DNA from: an uncultured Fidelibacterota bacterium
Lineage (GTDB): Bacteria; Fidelibacterota; Marinisomatia; Marinisomatales; TCS55
Length of the DNA: 64,000 nt
Assembly: GCA_913049685.1 (NCBI GenBank)
Contig: CAJWZD010000002.1
Span: 2,694 to 66,693, forward strand
Direction: 5' to 3'
The notes beneath the pieces are model-generated. The model was not told the DNA's origin, did not search any database, and saw nothing but the letters and a program-made list of their open reading frames with translations. Within the stretch, counting starts at the first letter, position 1; each line of letters begins with the position of its first letter. This document shows positions 1-9,800 of the stretch, one piece after another. A program made the position numbers and the translations under genes.

Positions 1-1
1 A

Positions 2-76
2 TCGACAGGCGATATAATTATACTTGCTGCTTTTGGCGCAGGTTTCACTTGGGCATCCGCAGCAATTCGATGGTAG
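2..76 (+). CDS. fabH: 3' end of a beta-ketoacyl-ACP synthase III (FabH)-like gene, truncated by the window edge
   Basis: Frame 2 reads STGDIIILAAFGAGFTWASAAIRW-stop. A G-x-G-F-T-W-x-S...R-W tail is typical of the KAS III C-terminus. Only 24 codons are visible. Confidence 0.5.
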   Translation, partial: STGDIIILAAFGAGFTWASAAIRW

Positions 77-105
77 TAAAGTAAAAATGAATATGAGCTT
101 CATTA

Positions 106-543
106 ATGATTAATATTCAGTATGAAATTGATCCAAATATTGATACGCCAAGCGAAAAAATTTCTACCGAAATAATTTCATCAGTTCTAATGGAGGAAGG
201 AAAGACGTTAGCAGAAATTCTAGTAATCTTTACTTCAGATGAAATCTTATCAGACCTCAAAAAAGAATTTTTCAATCAAGAGCACTTAACCGATGTCATA
301 TCATTTCGAATGAATGATTATATTGAAGAAAAAGTTGAAGGAGAAATCTATATTAGTATACCCCAAGTAGAAAGAAACGCCAGGAAGTTTGATCAAAGCT
401 TTTCTAGGGAGCTGTCAAGAATTATTATTCATGGGAGTCTTCATTTATTAAATTATGACGACTCTACGCTCGATTCTAAAAATGCAATGACAGAAAAAGA
501 AAACTATTTTTTGAAAAAAACCAATTGGAAAAATTTAGTATGA
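106..543 (+). CDS. ybeY: rRNA maturation endoribonuclease YbeY
   Basis: 145 aa. The metal-binding motif IIHGSLHLLNYDD matches the H-G-x-L-H-L-x-G-Y-D type, and the size is typical of YbeY. Confidence 0.88.
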   Translation: MINIQYEIDPNIDTPSEKISTEIISSVLMEEGKTLAEILVIFTSDEILSDLKKEFFNQEHLTDVISFRMNDYIEEKVEGEIYISIPQVERNARKFDQSFSRELSRIIIHGSLHLLNYDDSTLDSKNAMTEKENYFLKKTNWKNLV

Positions 544-1316
544 GTCAAACCGATAATAAATTTGGAGAACTAGTTGAAATTATATCAAGGCTTAGATCGC
601 CAGGCGGCTGTCCATGGGACATTGAGCAGACTAGCAGATCATTAATACCTTTTTTTATTGAAGAGGTCTATGAAGTTATTGAGGCAATAGATAATGAAGA
701 TTGGACTGCGGTAAAAGAAGAGCTGGGTGACGTAATGCTACACTTGATTTTTCAGGCACTTATTGCTGAAGAGCAAAATAAATTCAACATTAAAGATTCA
801 ATAGATACTGTTAGCAAAAAACTTGTTAAAAGACATCCTCATGTTTTCGATAAGGAAGTAGCCAGAACTTCTTTTCGCGCTAATCAGAATTGGGAGACTG
901 AAAAACATAAAGAAAAGAAGAGAAAATCAAGAATTGATGGCGTCCCTTCAGCATTACCATCGATAATTCAAGCACAAAGATTACAGCAAAAGGCTAGTTA
1001 CGTTGGTTTTGATTGGGAAGATTCAAAGGATGTATGGAATAAAATAAATGAAGAGCTAGAGGAATTAAAAATTGCTGAAAAAAATGGAGATATAAATCAT
1101 ATTGAAAGTGAGCTGGGTGATGTTATTTTTTCACTTGTAAACCTTGCTCGCTTCTTAGATATCTCTGCGGAAAATGCACTCCGACAAACAAACGGTAAAT
1201 TCAAAAATAGGTTTAGATATATTGAAAGCAAAATTAAGGAAAAAGGCAAGAAGTTTGAAGAGGCTGAACTAAATGAGTTAGAAAAATATTGGAAAGAAGC
1301 AAAAGGAAAAGAATGA
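540..1316 (+). CDS. mazG: nucleoside triphosphate pyrophosphohydrolase MazG (tandem MazG domains)
   Basis: The sequence contains LRSPGGCPWDIEQTSRSL and two E-E-x-x-E/ELGD repeats (EEVYEVIEAI..ELGDVMLHL and ELEELK..ELGDVIFSL). I prefer the ATG at 540 (ATGA overlap with the ybeY stop) over the TTG at 525 given by the ORF track. Confidence 0.85.
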   Translation: MSQTDNKFGELVEIISRLRSPGGCPWDIEQTSRSLIPFFIEEVYEVIEAIDNEDWTAVKEELGDVMLHLIFQALIAEEQNKFNIKDSIDTVSKKLVKRHPHVFDKEVARTSFRANQNWETEKHKEKKRKSRIDGVPSALPSIIQAQRLQQKASYVGFDWEDSKDVWNKINEELEELKIAEKNGDINHIESELGDVIFSLVNLARFLDISAENALRQTNGKFKNRFRYIESKIKEKGKKFEEAELNELEKYWKEAKGKE

Positions 1317-2725
1317 AAGCATTGCATTCAATAGCTGTAATCATAATCCTTATATCTACTACTTTTAGCCAGCAAAACAAAGATGACTGGCCAAATTTAA
1401 ATCGATATCAAAGCGATAACGAGAACGTAAAAAAAGGAAAGAAAAAAAGTCCTAGGGTAGTTTTTATTGGTAATTCAATAACAGAAGGATGGGATTGGCA
1501 CTATCCAGAATTTTTCAACAAAAACAAAAATTATATTAATAGAGGTATAAGCGGCCAAACAACTCCACAAATGCTAGTACGCTTCAGGCAGGATGTTGTT
1601 GATCTTAAACCAGACATTGTAGTTATTTTAGCAGGGATAAACGATATCGCAGAAAATACCGGACCATCAACAGTTAAATCCATTACAGATAATATTATAT
1701 CTATGTCAGAGATTGCAGTAGCCAATAATATTAAAGTGATTTTGTCATCAATTTTACCTGCTAGTGATTTCCCGTGGAGACCAGAAATTGAGCCTCCGTA
1801 TAAAATTTTAAAAATAAACAGCATTTTACAAACCTATGCGCTTAAAAATGATATGATTTATTTAGATTATTTTTCTGAGATGTTTGACGGTAAAGATGGT
1901 TTAATTAAAGAATATGGTGCTGACTCGGTTCACCCTAACAAATCAGGATATTTAATAATGTCACGACTTGTGAAAAAAGCCATTCACAAAGCTTTAACAT
2001 TCACCGAAGATTCAAATGAATTAAACCTTTATAGCAAAGCAAACTGGATAAGTCCAAGTGGAGATAGGTTGGCTTATAGATATCGTAAGCCAGAAAATTT
2101 TAAACCGAATAAAAAATACCCGCTACTTTTATTTCTTCATGGATCTGGTGGCAGAGGTAGTGATAATGAACAGCAGCTATGGGATGCAAATAGCATTGGA
2201 GCTTTCGCGAAACAAAAGATATCATCAAAATACCAAACCTATATTTTTGCTCCACAAGTTCCAAAGGGGGAGCGGTGGGTTTCTACAAATTGGAATACTG
2301 AAAAATACAGCATAATCCCTATTTCTCAATCCATGAGACAAACATTTGAAGCTTTAGACTCCTTTATCGATAAAAATCAAAACGTAGATAAAAATAGAAT
2401 TTATGTTTTGGGAATGTCAATGGGGGGATGGGGCGCCTGGGATGCAATTTCCAGAAGGCCAAATTATTTTGCAGCAGCAGTTCCTATTTGCGGAGGTGGA
2501 GATCCTGATCAAGCTGTTAATTTAAAAAATGTGAATATTTGGGCATGGCATGGCAAAGAAGATACCGTAATAGATATTTCAAAATCGCAGCAAATGGTAA
2601 GTGCTGTAAAAAAGCAAAAAGGTGATATTAGATTTACTGAATTGAAAACAAGAGGTCATGATTCGTGGTTAGATGTTTGGAATAGTAAAGAATTATGGAA
2701 ATGGTTATATAATCAAAGGAAATAA
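1313..2725 (+). CDS. secreted bifunctional serine hydrolase: N-terminal SGNH/GDSL esterase fused to a C-terminal alpha/beta-hydrolase (carboxylesterase/peptidase S9-like) domain
   Basis: The signal peptide is MKALHSIAVIIILISTTFSQ. SGNH blocks are present: FIGNSITEGW (I), GISGQTT (II), GINDI (III), DSVHPN (V). The second domain has LFLHGSGGRGSDN, the nucleophile elbow GMSMGG, HGKEDTV and RGHDSW. The start is moved to the ATG at 1313, which overlaps the mazG stop. Confidence 0.75.
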   Translation: MKALHSIAVIIILISTTFSQQNKDDWPNLNRYQSDNENVKKGKKKSPRVVFIGNSITEGWDWHYPEFFNKNKNYINRGISGQTTPQMLVRFRQDVVDLKPDIVVILAGINDIAENTGPSTVKSITDNIISMSEIAVANNIKVILSSILPASDFPWRPEIEPPYKILKINSILQTYALKNDMIYLDYFSEMFDGKDGLIKEYGADSVHPNKSGYLIMSRLVKKAIHKALTFTEDSNELNLYSKANWISPSGDRLAYRYRKPENFKPNKKYPLLLFLHGSGGRGSDNEQQLWDANSIGAFAKQKISSKYQTYIFAPQVPKGERWVSTNWNTEKYSIIPISQSMRQTFEALDSFIDKNQNVDKNRIYVLGMSMGGWGAWDAISRRPNYFAAAVPICGGGDPDQAVNLKNVNIWAWHGKEDTVIDISKSQQMVSAVKKQKGDIRFTELKTRGHDSWLDVWNSKELWKWLYNQRK

Positions 2726-2731
2726 TATTTA

Positions 2732-3739
2732 ATGGAAAAAGTATTAGTTACAGGCGGGTCTGGCTACATTGGTCTTCATTGCATTTCACTACTTCTAAGG
2801 GAGGGTTATGCTGTTCGAACATCATTGCGCTCTATGAAGAGAAAAAAAGAAATACAAGAAGCACTTTCAGGTTCAATAAAAAATAATGAAAGATTGGAGT
2901 TTTGCGAGCTTGACCTGATGCGAGATGATGGTTGGGATGCGGCAGTAAAAGGATGTGATTATGTTTTGCACGTAGCATCACCAGTCTATGAAAAAAATAT
3001 GCAAGATGAAAATTCTTTTATTCAGCCTGCAAAAGAAGGACTTCTTCGAGCATTAAAACCATCTGTAAAGTATAAAATAAAACGTTTTGTTATGACATCA
3101 TCAATTGCAGCAATTACCCAAGGCCATGAAGATAAAGAAATTGATGAGAGTTTTTGGTCAGTGATTGATGAAAATACACTACCCTACATAAAGAGCAAAA
3201 CCTACGCTGAAAAAGCGATGTGGGACTATATGAACCAAATCGAGAAAACTAAAAAAATAGAATTATGTACAATTAATCCTTCATTCGTTTTTGGACCCTC
3301 TCTTACATATGATATGGGTGCATCAAACTTACTAATTAGAGCATTATTAGTAGGTAAGCTTCCAGCATTAGCAAAGATTCAATTTAATGTAGTTAATGTG
3401 CTTGATGTAGCAAAAGCGCATGTGTTAGCGATAAAATCAGATAGTGCAGCAGGCCAAAGGTTCATTGTATCTGAAAAAGCGTTATGGCTTTCTGATATTG
3501 CAAAAATTTTAAAAAATAATGGCTTTAAAAAAGTACCTACAATTGTAGCTCCTAATTTTTTATTAGGCTTCCTTTCATTCTTTCTTAAAGATATTGCTTT
3601 ATTTAAAGATAGGTTAGGCAAAAGTCAGATCACAAAATCAGACAATGCTAAAAAATTACTTGAATGGAAACCGGGTTTTGTTGAAGATGCAATTATTGAT
3701 ACAGCAAAAAAATATAAAGAAACCAGAAAAATAAGTTAA
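2732..3739 (+). CDS. NAD(P)-dependent epimerase/dehydratase-family SDR (aldehyde/cinnamoyl-CoA-reductase-like)
   Basis: It has the Rossmann fingerprint VLVTGGSGYIGLH, the extended-SDR catalytic Y-x-x-x-K (PYIKSK), and the right length at 335 aa. Confidence 0.75.
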   Translation: MEKVLVTGGSGYIGLHCISLLLREGYAVRTSLRSMKRKKEIQEALSGSIKNNERLEFCELDLMRDDGWDAAVKGCDYVLHVASPVYEKNMQDENSFIQPAKEGLLRALKPSVKYKIKRFVMTSSIAAITQGHEDKEIDESFWSVIDENTLPYIKSKTYAEKAMWDYMNQIEKTKKIELCTINPSFVFGPSLTYDMGASNLLIRALLVGKLPALAKIQFNVVNVLDVAKAHVLAIKSDSAAGQRFIVSEKALWLSDIAKILKNNGFKKVPTIVAPNFLLGFLSFFLKDIALFKDRLGKSQITKSDNAKKLLEWKPGFVEDAIIDTAKKYKETRKIS

Positions 3740-3764
3740 GGAAAAATAATCCTAACAAGTTATC

Positions 3765-5015
3765 TTATGTTTTGCGTTCCTTCTTTCTAGCAGCTGGGAA
3801 GAGAATATTGTTTAGAATTAATCGGTATCCTGGTGAGTTTCTGTGAAAAGATAGATCTGTTTGTGGATCACCAACAAAGTGCTGATAATCTTCAGGGTCA
3901 TGACCACCTAAAAAAGTAAATGTACCTTGACCATGATTTCCGTTTAGGTATTTTACTTGAGGGGTGGTTGCATCTTCGCCCATAATTAATATATGTTTTT
4001 TGATTTTTTCACGATCAAATCCTGTTGTTTGACCCATAAATCCTTTTATGACGCCTACATGGTTTTGGGTCAACATTGTTGGAACTGGGTCATATTTTGC
4101 TGAGAACTCAAATAGGGAGAAATAATCAGCCTCAGCCCCCCTCACCACAACATTATTACTTGGAGGGTAGTCGATATTTGAATATTCGTAAACCATAGGG
4201 TCTGTAATTATTTCAAAATTATCAAACGCCATCGAATTATTATAATTGATCTTACTTTTCAATTTTTTATCTACTGGAGTCCCATCATACACTGAATGAG
4301 CGGCATCCACACCAACTGTAGCTAGAGCTATATCAAAAGAATCTGTTGCAGAACACATTGCAAATAAAAAACCTCCGCTAGAAACATAATCCTTAATGAT
4401 TTGAGCTAGTGCCTTTTTCTGTTCAGGAACTGAACTAAACCCAAGTCTACTAGCCAAAGATTCAAACTGTTTTTTCTGCTCTACATACCATGATGCTGTA
4501 TGATAGTTCTTATAAAACTTGCCATATTGACCTGTAAAGTCTTCATGGTGTAAGTGAAGCCAGTCATAGTTAGATAATTCACCATTAAAAACTTCTTCAT
4601 CCCAAAGCGTTTCATATGGAACCTCAGCGTAAGTTAAAGCGAGAGTTACTGCATCATCCCAAGGTTGTTTATTAGGAGGAGAATAAATTGCTATCTTTGG
4701 TGTTTTTTCCAAGAGGACTATATCCATATTATTCATTGCTACATCATTGTATATTGATAACATTTTCTCAGATTCAACCACTTCATAACTAACCCCTCTC
4801 AGGCGGCATTCCTGTTCAATTCTTTCATAGTAATCTGTAATAAATGATCCACCTCGATAGTTTAATACCCACTCCACGTTTATTTGCTCGCCAATTATCC
4901 AAAATGCTGCTCCATAAGCTTTTAGATGATCATTTTGATTTTCATCCATAGGTATTAATATTTTTTGGGAAAAACAAAACTGCAAAAAGAATAAGGTCGT
5001 AATAATCGTTTTCAT
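3765..5015 (-). CDS. secreted protein of unknown function, possible class I glutamine-amidotransferase/DJ-1-like fold (last gene of the DUF4159 operon)
   Basis: The signal peptide is MKTIITTLFFLQFCFSQ. Conserved-looking blocks are HLKAYGAAFW, HLHHEDFTGQYGKF, GGFLFAMCSATD and FLGGHDPED. The start is placed at the Met at 5015, one nt after the upstream stop; the ORF-track extension to 5072 overlaps the upstream gene. Confidence 0.6.
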   Translation of the reverse strand: MKTIITTLFFLQFCFSQKILIPMDENQNDHLKAYGAAFWIIGEQINVEWVLNYRGGSFITDYYERIEQECRLRGVSYEVVESEKMLSIYNDVAMNNMDIVLLEKTPKIAIYSPPNKQPWDDAVTLALTYAEVPYETLWDEEVFNGELSNYDWLHLHHEDFTGQYGKFYKNYHTASWYVEQKKQFESLASRLGFSSVPEQKKALAQIIKDYVSSGGFLFAMCSATDSFDIALATVGVDAAHSVYDGTPVDKKLKSKINYNNSMAFDNFEIITDPMVYEYSNIDYPPSNNVVVRGAEADYFSLFEFSAKYDPVPTMLTQNHVGVIKGFMGQTTGFDREKIKKHILIMGEDATTPQVKYLNGNHGQGTFTFLGGHDPEDYQHFVGDPQTDLSFHRNSPGYRLILNNILFPAARKKERKT

Positions 5016-5016
5016 A

Positions 5017-6888
5017 TTAACTCTCCCTGGGCTTAGAAATTCTGCGAACATGCAAGCGCACCGGGTCAGCAAGTAGCGATGAAGAGCATTCAGATAGCAC
5101 TCTATGATAATATTTAAGTGCGTTCTCGTTATTACTTAAATAATTTTCCTCAATTTCTGCAGCTAAGGTAAGACCTCTGTCTTTTAAGCTGGTTTCTTCA
5201 ATAGCGAGCGCATATTGAATTGACTTTTCATATTGCATCAAATCGATCGATATAAATGCCAATCGAAGAGTTACTATTGGATAGATCAAAGAGTCAGAAT
5301 AGTTGAGTCTTATCATTTCCAATACTTCAACAGCCTCTTTAATTTTATATTCATTGATCAAGCTTTCAGCATTAAAGAATGCTTTAAAAGCAGACTTATC
5401 GTCTTTAGTACCATCAACATAATAATTTGCAATTAGATCGTGCAATTCAAAAAGGTCATTGAAATATTTATGATTTGTATCAACATTTAAAATTATTTCA
5501 TCCAAATATGTCATTGCAGAATCTATTTCAAGCCCATAGAGCAGACTATTAACATATTCGATAGTCCTTATATTTATCTTTTCATTTTGTTCTGGCCTAA
5601 AATAACTTTTTGCTTCTCCATACTTCCCATCGTAAATATATAGCTTTCCAATATCCGAATGAATCAACTCTCTTAATTGAGAGCTTGGGTTAGTATTTAA
5701 AGCTGTCTCATATGACGATTTTGCACCTACAAAATCTCGCATGATTCTTGACTGTATTTGCGCTAATCTATAATGTACCGTCGCTGTTGTTCGATTGTTC
5801 GGAAGCAAAGCTAATAGAGACTGATAGTGCTCCAAGCTATTTGCCAAAGGAGCGTTATTTATATCAGGTGCGTAAATAAAATGATTACTAAAAAAGTGAT
5901 TTTCAGGAAACCATTTTACGAACTTTAAATTCGACTGTTTTTTTATTATTTGATCTTCGTAGGATTTTCCGAGTCCTAATAAAATTTTTCCAACAACTTG
6001 AGGATTTGATTGATCTAAATTCTCAAGCATATAATGATGGGACTTAATTGACAAATCAAATTGACCTTCTTTTCGTAGGTTGTCAGCAAAAATAAGCCAT
6101 TTATCAGAATCCTTTTTATTTTGAAAACCTAATAATTTGTATTGTTCTAGCGCATATTCAAAATTTCCTATTTTATAATAAAATCCGCCTAAGACTTCTC
6201 TCATGGTTTCGTTGATGTCTATATTAGCATTCAATGTAGAATCGATTAGTGAATGAGATGAAATATCATCACTCATTAGTAGTATCCTATCAGTTGCATA
6301 ACGAAGATATTGTTTTTGATGGCGAATAAGAATCATTAATTCTTGAAGAGATCTTTCGTAAGACTGCCTTGATTGATAGTAGCTTGCAAGGTCAATAGCT
6401 AAAAAATATGGCTCATTAAACTCTTTTCTACCTTTTTCTGATAGAAATTCCATCGATTCTGTTTGACCAAATTTGACATATGTATGAAAAAGCAGTCGAT
6501 ACATGGTTTTATTCGATAATTTGTTATCTCTAAAATCATCCCAAATCTCATTAGCTTTTGTCTTTTCTTGGTTTTTAAAATAAAATTCACCTAGGGATAA
6601 CATTGTCTGGTAGTCTGTGGGGTTATATAGTAACCACTGATTAATTAATTCAATTCCAGATTCTATATTATTGTTTTTACTATAAATATTTTTTAATTGA
6701 AAAAATGATGGTTGATGACTTGGTTGATTATTCAAAATCCTTTTATAAATATCTTCCGATTTTAAAATATTCCCTGACCGCTCATAGCGCATTGCTTGTA
6801 AAAATAAAGATTGATTTTTATCGTCAATACTTTCTTGACTATAGATAATAGTGTAAAATAAAAATATCGTTGTAAAAATTCGCATCAA
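5017..6888 (-). CDS. secreted tetratricopeptide-repeat (TPR) protein
   Basis: The signal peptide is MMRIFTTIFLFYTIIYSQ. There are many 34-aa-type repeats with A/Y/L patterns, for example FLQAMRYERSGNILKSEDIYKRILNNQP, LGEFYFKNQEKTKANEIW and HYRLAQIQSRIMRDFVGAKSSYETAL. Confidence 0.7.
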   Translation of the reverse strand: MMRIFTTIFLFYTIIYSQESIDDKNQSLFLQAMRYERSGNILKSEDIYKRILNNQPSHQPSFFQLKNIYSKNNNIESGIELINQWLLYNPTDYQTMLSLGEFYFKNQEKTKANEIWDDFRDNKLSNKTMYRLLFHTYVKFGQTESMEFLSEKGRKEFNEPYFLAIDLASYYQSRQSYERSLQELMILIRHQKQYLRYATDRILLMSDDISSHSLIDSTLNANIDINETMREVLGGFYYKIGNFEYALEQYKLLGFQNKKDSDKWLIFADNLRKEGQFDLSIKSHHYMLENLDQSNPQVVGKILLGLGKSYEDQIIKKQSNLKFVKWFPENHFFSNHFIYAPDINNAPLANSLEHYQSLLALLPNNRTTATVHYRLAQIQSRIMRDFVGAKSSYETALNTNPSSQLRELIHSDIGKLYIYDGKYGEAKSYFRPEQNEKINIRTIEYVNSLLYGLEIDSAMTYLDEIILNVDTNHKYFNDLFELHDLIANYYVDGTKDDKSAFKAFFNAESLINEYKIKEAVEVLEMIRLNYSDSLIYPIVTLRLAFISIDLMQYEKSIQYALAIEETSLKDRGLTLAAEIEENYLSNNENALKYYHRVLSECSSSLLADPVRLHVRRISKPRES

Positions 6889-6893
6889 AATTG

Positions 6894-9800
6894 CTAATTA
6901 TTTCCCAGTGTATCAGAAACAGAGTATGCTTCCAAAGTATTCAATGAATTGAAATATTTTTGAATCATTCCTTGATACTCTCGTGAGTAACCTGCGCTCA
7001 GAGCCTCATCCATCGCATTCATTATAATTGATTTTCTTTGTCCTAAGTCACTAGGTAGTCCTTTAGGTGCTGCGCTGGAAACTTGAGATGCAGTTTTTGA
7101 TTTTCTTTCATCTTTAACACCTCTTTGTGTCATTGATTTTTGACTATTTAACATCCTACTTAATATTTTCTGCTGTCTATCATTTGTTTTTTTATCATAA
7201 ATATTTTTAGTGAGCTCATTTAAAACTTCATCAATTTCAGATGAAATACCATTTAGGTCGCCAAGTCCTTGTTTGCCTGATTTGCTTATTTCATTCATTA
7301 CTTGTTTAAGAGAATTCTGAATATCTCGTTGCTGTCCGAGCATTCTGCTAATAATTGATGCTTTAAGTGAAGGCGCCATTTGACCAAGCGCTAGTTGCAT
7401 ACCTTGATCATTTACACTTTTTTGCATAGCAGACATATTTTTCATTTGCTTTAAAAATTCCTCGTATCCAGATGCAGATCCACCCTCATTCATACTATTG
7501 ATTGTTTGAATAATTGATTTTACGCTTTTATTTAAAGCAGTCATAGCCTGAGTTTGATTGTTTAATGAGCCTTTACTGTTTCTTTCTGCGAGCTTTGTTT
7601 TTGAAGTATTCATCTGGGCGTTCGCTTGGCCAAGCGATTGTCCCATATCTGATGTAACAAGAAACGTTTCTTTTGAAAGATCCATGGTTTTTTTCATTGT
7701 CTTAACAAGCTGATCTTGCAAAAGTTGCTGCTCTGATGCTAAATCATTTTTTCGTGGAGAGTTTGGGGGAATATTTTCTGCTTCAGCTCTTAGAAGTTCT
7801 TGTGATTTAGAAATTGATAGAAGATCGCGTAAAATAAACCTGAATTTCTTAGCCATTTCTCTAGAAGCTTGTTTTTGAAAATTAGAAGAAATTTGGTTCA
7901 TTGATGATTCCATTGACTGCATAGACTGCATACCTGAGTAACTTGCATCCATTGCCTGGAAGGGTTTTTGATTATCAAGATTTTTCACAGTCTCTTTAAG
8001 ATGTTTTTTAGTTAAATCAGTACTATTGCTCTCAGCAAGATTTTCGAGCTCCTGAGCAGTCTTTCTGCTAACCTTTTTAATCCCGTTTATCGAATTTTTC
8101 ATTTCATCAATTATGTTTGAAAGTTCTTTGTTGTTAATTTTTTGCTCTTGCGAAAGTCTTTTGAAAACCGAGGGATCGGTTTGTTTGTTTATTGATCGAA
8201 TTTGTTGATCTAGATTATCCTGGTTTTTTACAAGCTGTTCAATGCGTTTTCTTATTTCATCTATTTTTTGCTCTACTTTAATTCGTTGAAATATATCAAG
8301 AAATCTATCCAGCTCTTGTTCAATATTGTTAAGGTTATTTGAAATATCCTCAAGAGCGCTAAGCATCTCGTTAACATCCAGATCTTCAAGCGCTTCTCTT
8401 ATGTCATCTATATCATCAAACATTTCGGGTGGGAAAATTTCCTTGATAAGCTTCTGTAAATCCTCAAACTTTTCAGTAATTCCTTCAGAGAATAAATCGT
8501 GTTTTTTGCTTTGACTATTCAAAGCAGAAAGTTTTTCGTTAAGCTTTTGAAAGCTAGAAATTTGTTTATCAATTTCTCGAAGTGTTTCTTTTGTTTTTTG
8601 TTGTTGCTCCCAGCTAGGGTCATCTGTTTTCAAAAGTTCAAGCCTTGCTTCTTTTATTTTATTATTTAGTTTTTTAATAGCGGATAGTTCTTTTTCTGCG
8701 TCGTTTAAAATTTCATCTTCACTATTTTCAAAGGATGCAAAAAGCTCATTCAATGATGGTATTCTAGCAATGAAGGTGCTTGAAACCTCTTTTTTAGGTC
8801 CAGTTAGTGGGTCATTATCATACAGCTCAAAATGAAAATGAATTTCATCATCTGGCATAAGAGCTAAATCACCAACATTCCAATTTGTTGAAATCTCCTG
8901 CTCGTTTTCATTTAAATCGGGAATAGCAATATTAAACATTGAAATTTTTGGTTCTGCGTCAATGTATTCTGGCCTATGTATTTCATATGCAAGTTGTAGC
9001 TTTGTAAAACCAAAGTCATCTTTAATATCCATTCTAATTGGTATTGTTTGTTCTCCTCCAATTTCAATTATCGGAGCTGGTTTCAATATTGACATTTTAG
9101 GATTTAAATCAGGTATGGCTTTTAAATGAAATGGTATTGGATTGCGGTTTGATATTCCCCTCTCATCTTTAAGACTGATGAAGAATTTACCCTCTTTTTC
9201 CATGATAAATCTAAAATCCGCTTTATCATTTCTGGTTGACATTTTAAGCTTATCTTCGTTTAAAATCAGTGAAGCGTTTTCAAGTCTTTTGTTGGAACGA
9301 AGCGCTACATAAATCTCAGACCCTATTATCGCCTGAATTTCAGATTGATTTGCTTTCTGCTGCCTCGAAGGTAGCTTAGTATATTTCGGCGAACTTATTG
9401 TAAATGTTACATCGCTTATTGATGGTCTGTCTGTTACAGATATAGAATATGATTTGGTTGTTATTTCATTCCAGGGGTTCCAAAATTTATCTGATAAAAC
9501 ATATGCACGGTATCGATAGTTTTGATAGACATTATCTAGACTAGCTTTATAAACCCCATCATCATTGTAAGCAGCTTTTAAAATCAAACTATCTTCATTT
9601 TCATTAAATGCTAATGGTTTGAACTCAACAGTAATTGAGTCAGGTCTATTGGATGTAGATGAAAATTCGACAATTGCGCTTTCACCACCTAAAATACCAA
9701 TATATTTAGATTCACTTGTTATTTCAAATGGAACAGGTGGTAAAAACTTTGTGTTAGTATGGGCTAACCTATAAAGCGAAGAAACAGAATGATTCCAGGT

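Noticed and set aside
5016-5072. N-terminal extensions given by the longest-ORF track: 5016-5072 for the 435-aa ORF, 1289-1312, 15847-15894, 49187-49231 and 525-539
   Set aside because: Each extension overlaps the upstream gene, starts at TTG, or precedes an obvious signal peptide or conserved N-terminus that begins at an internal ATG with an ATGA-type junction. I shortened these calls.
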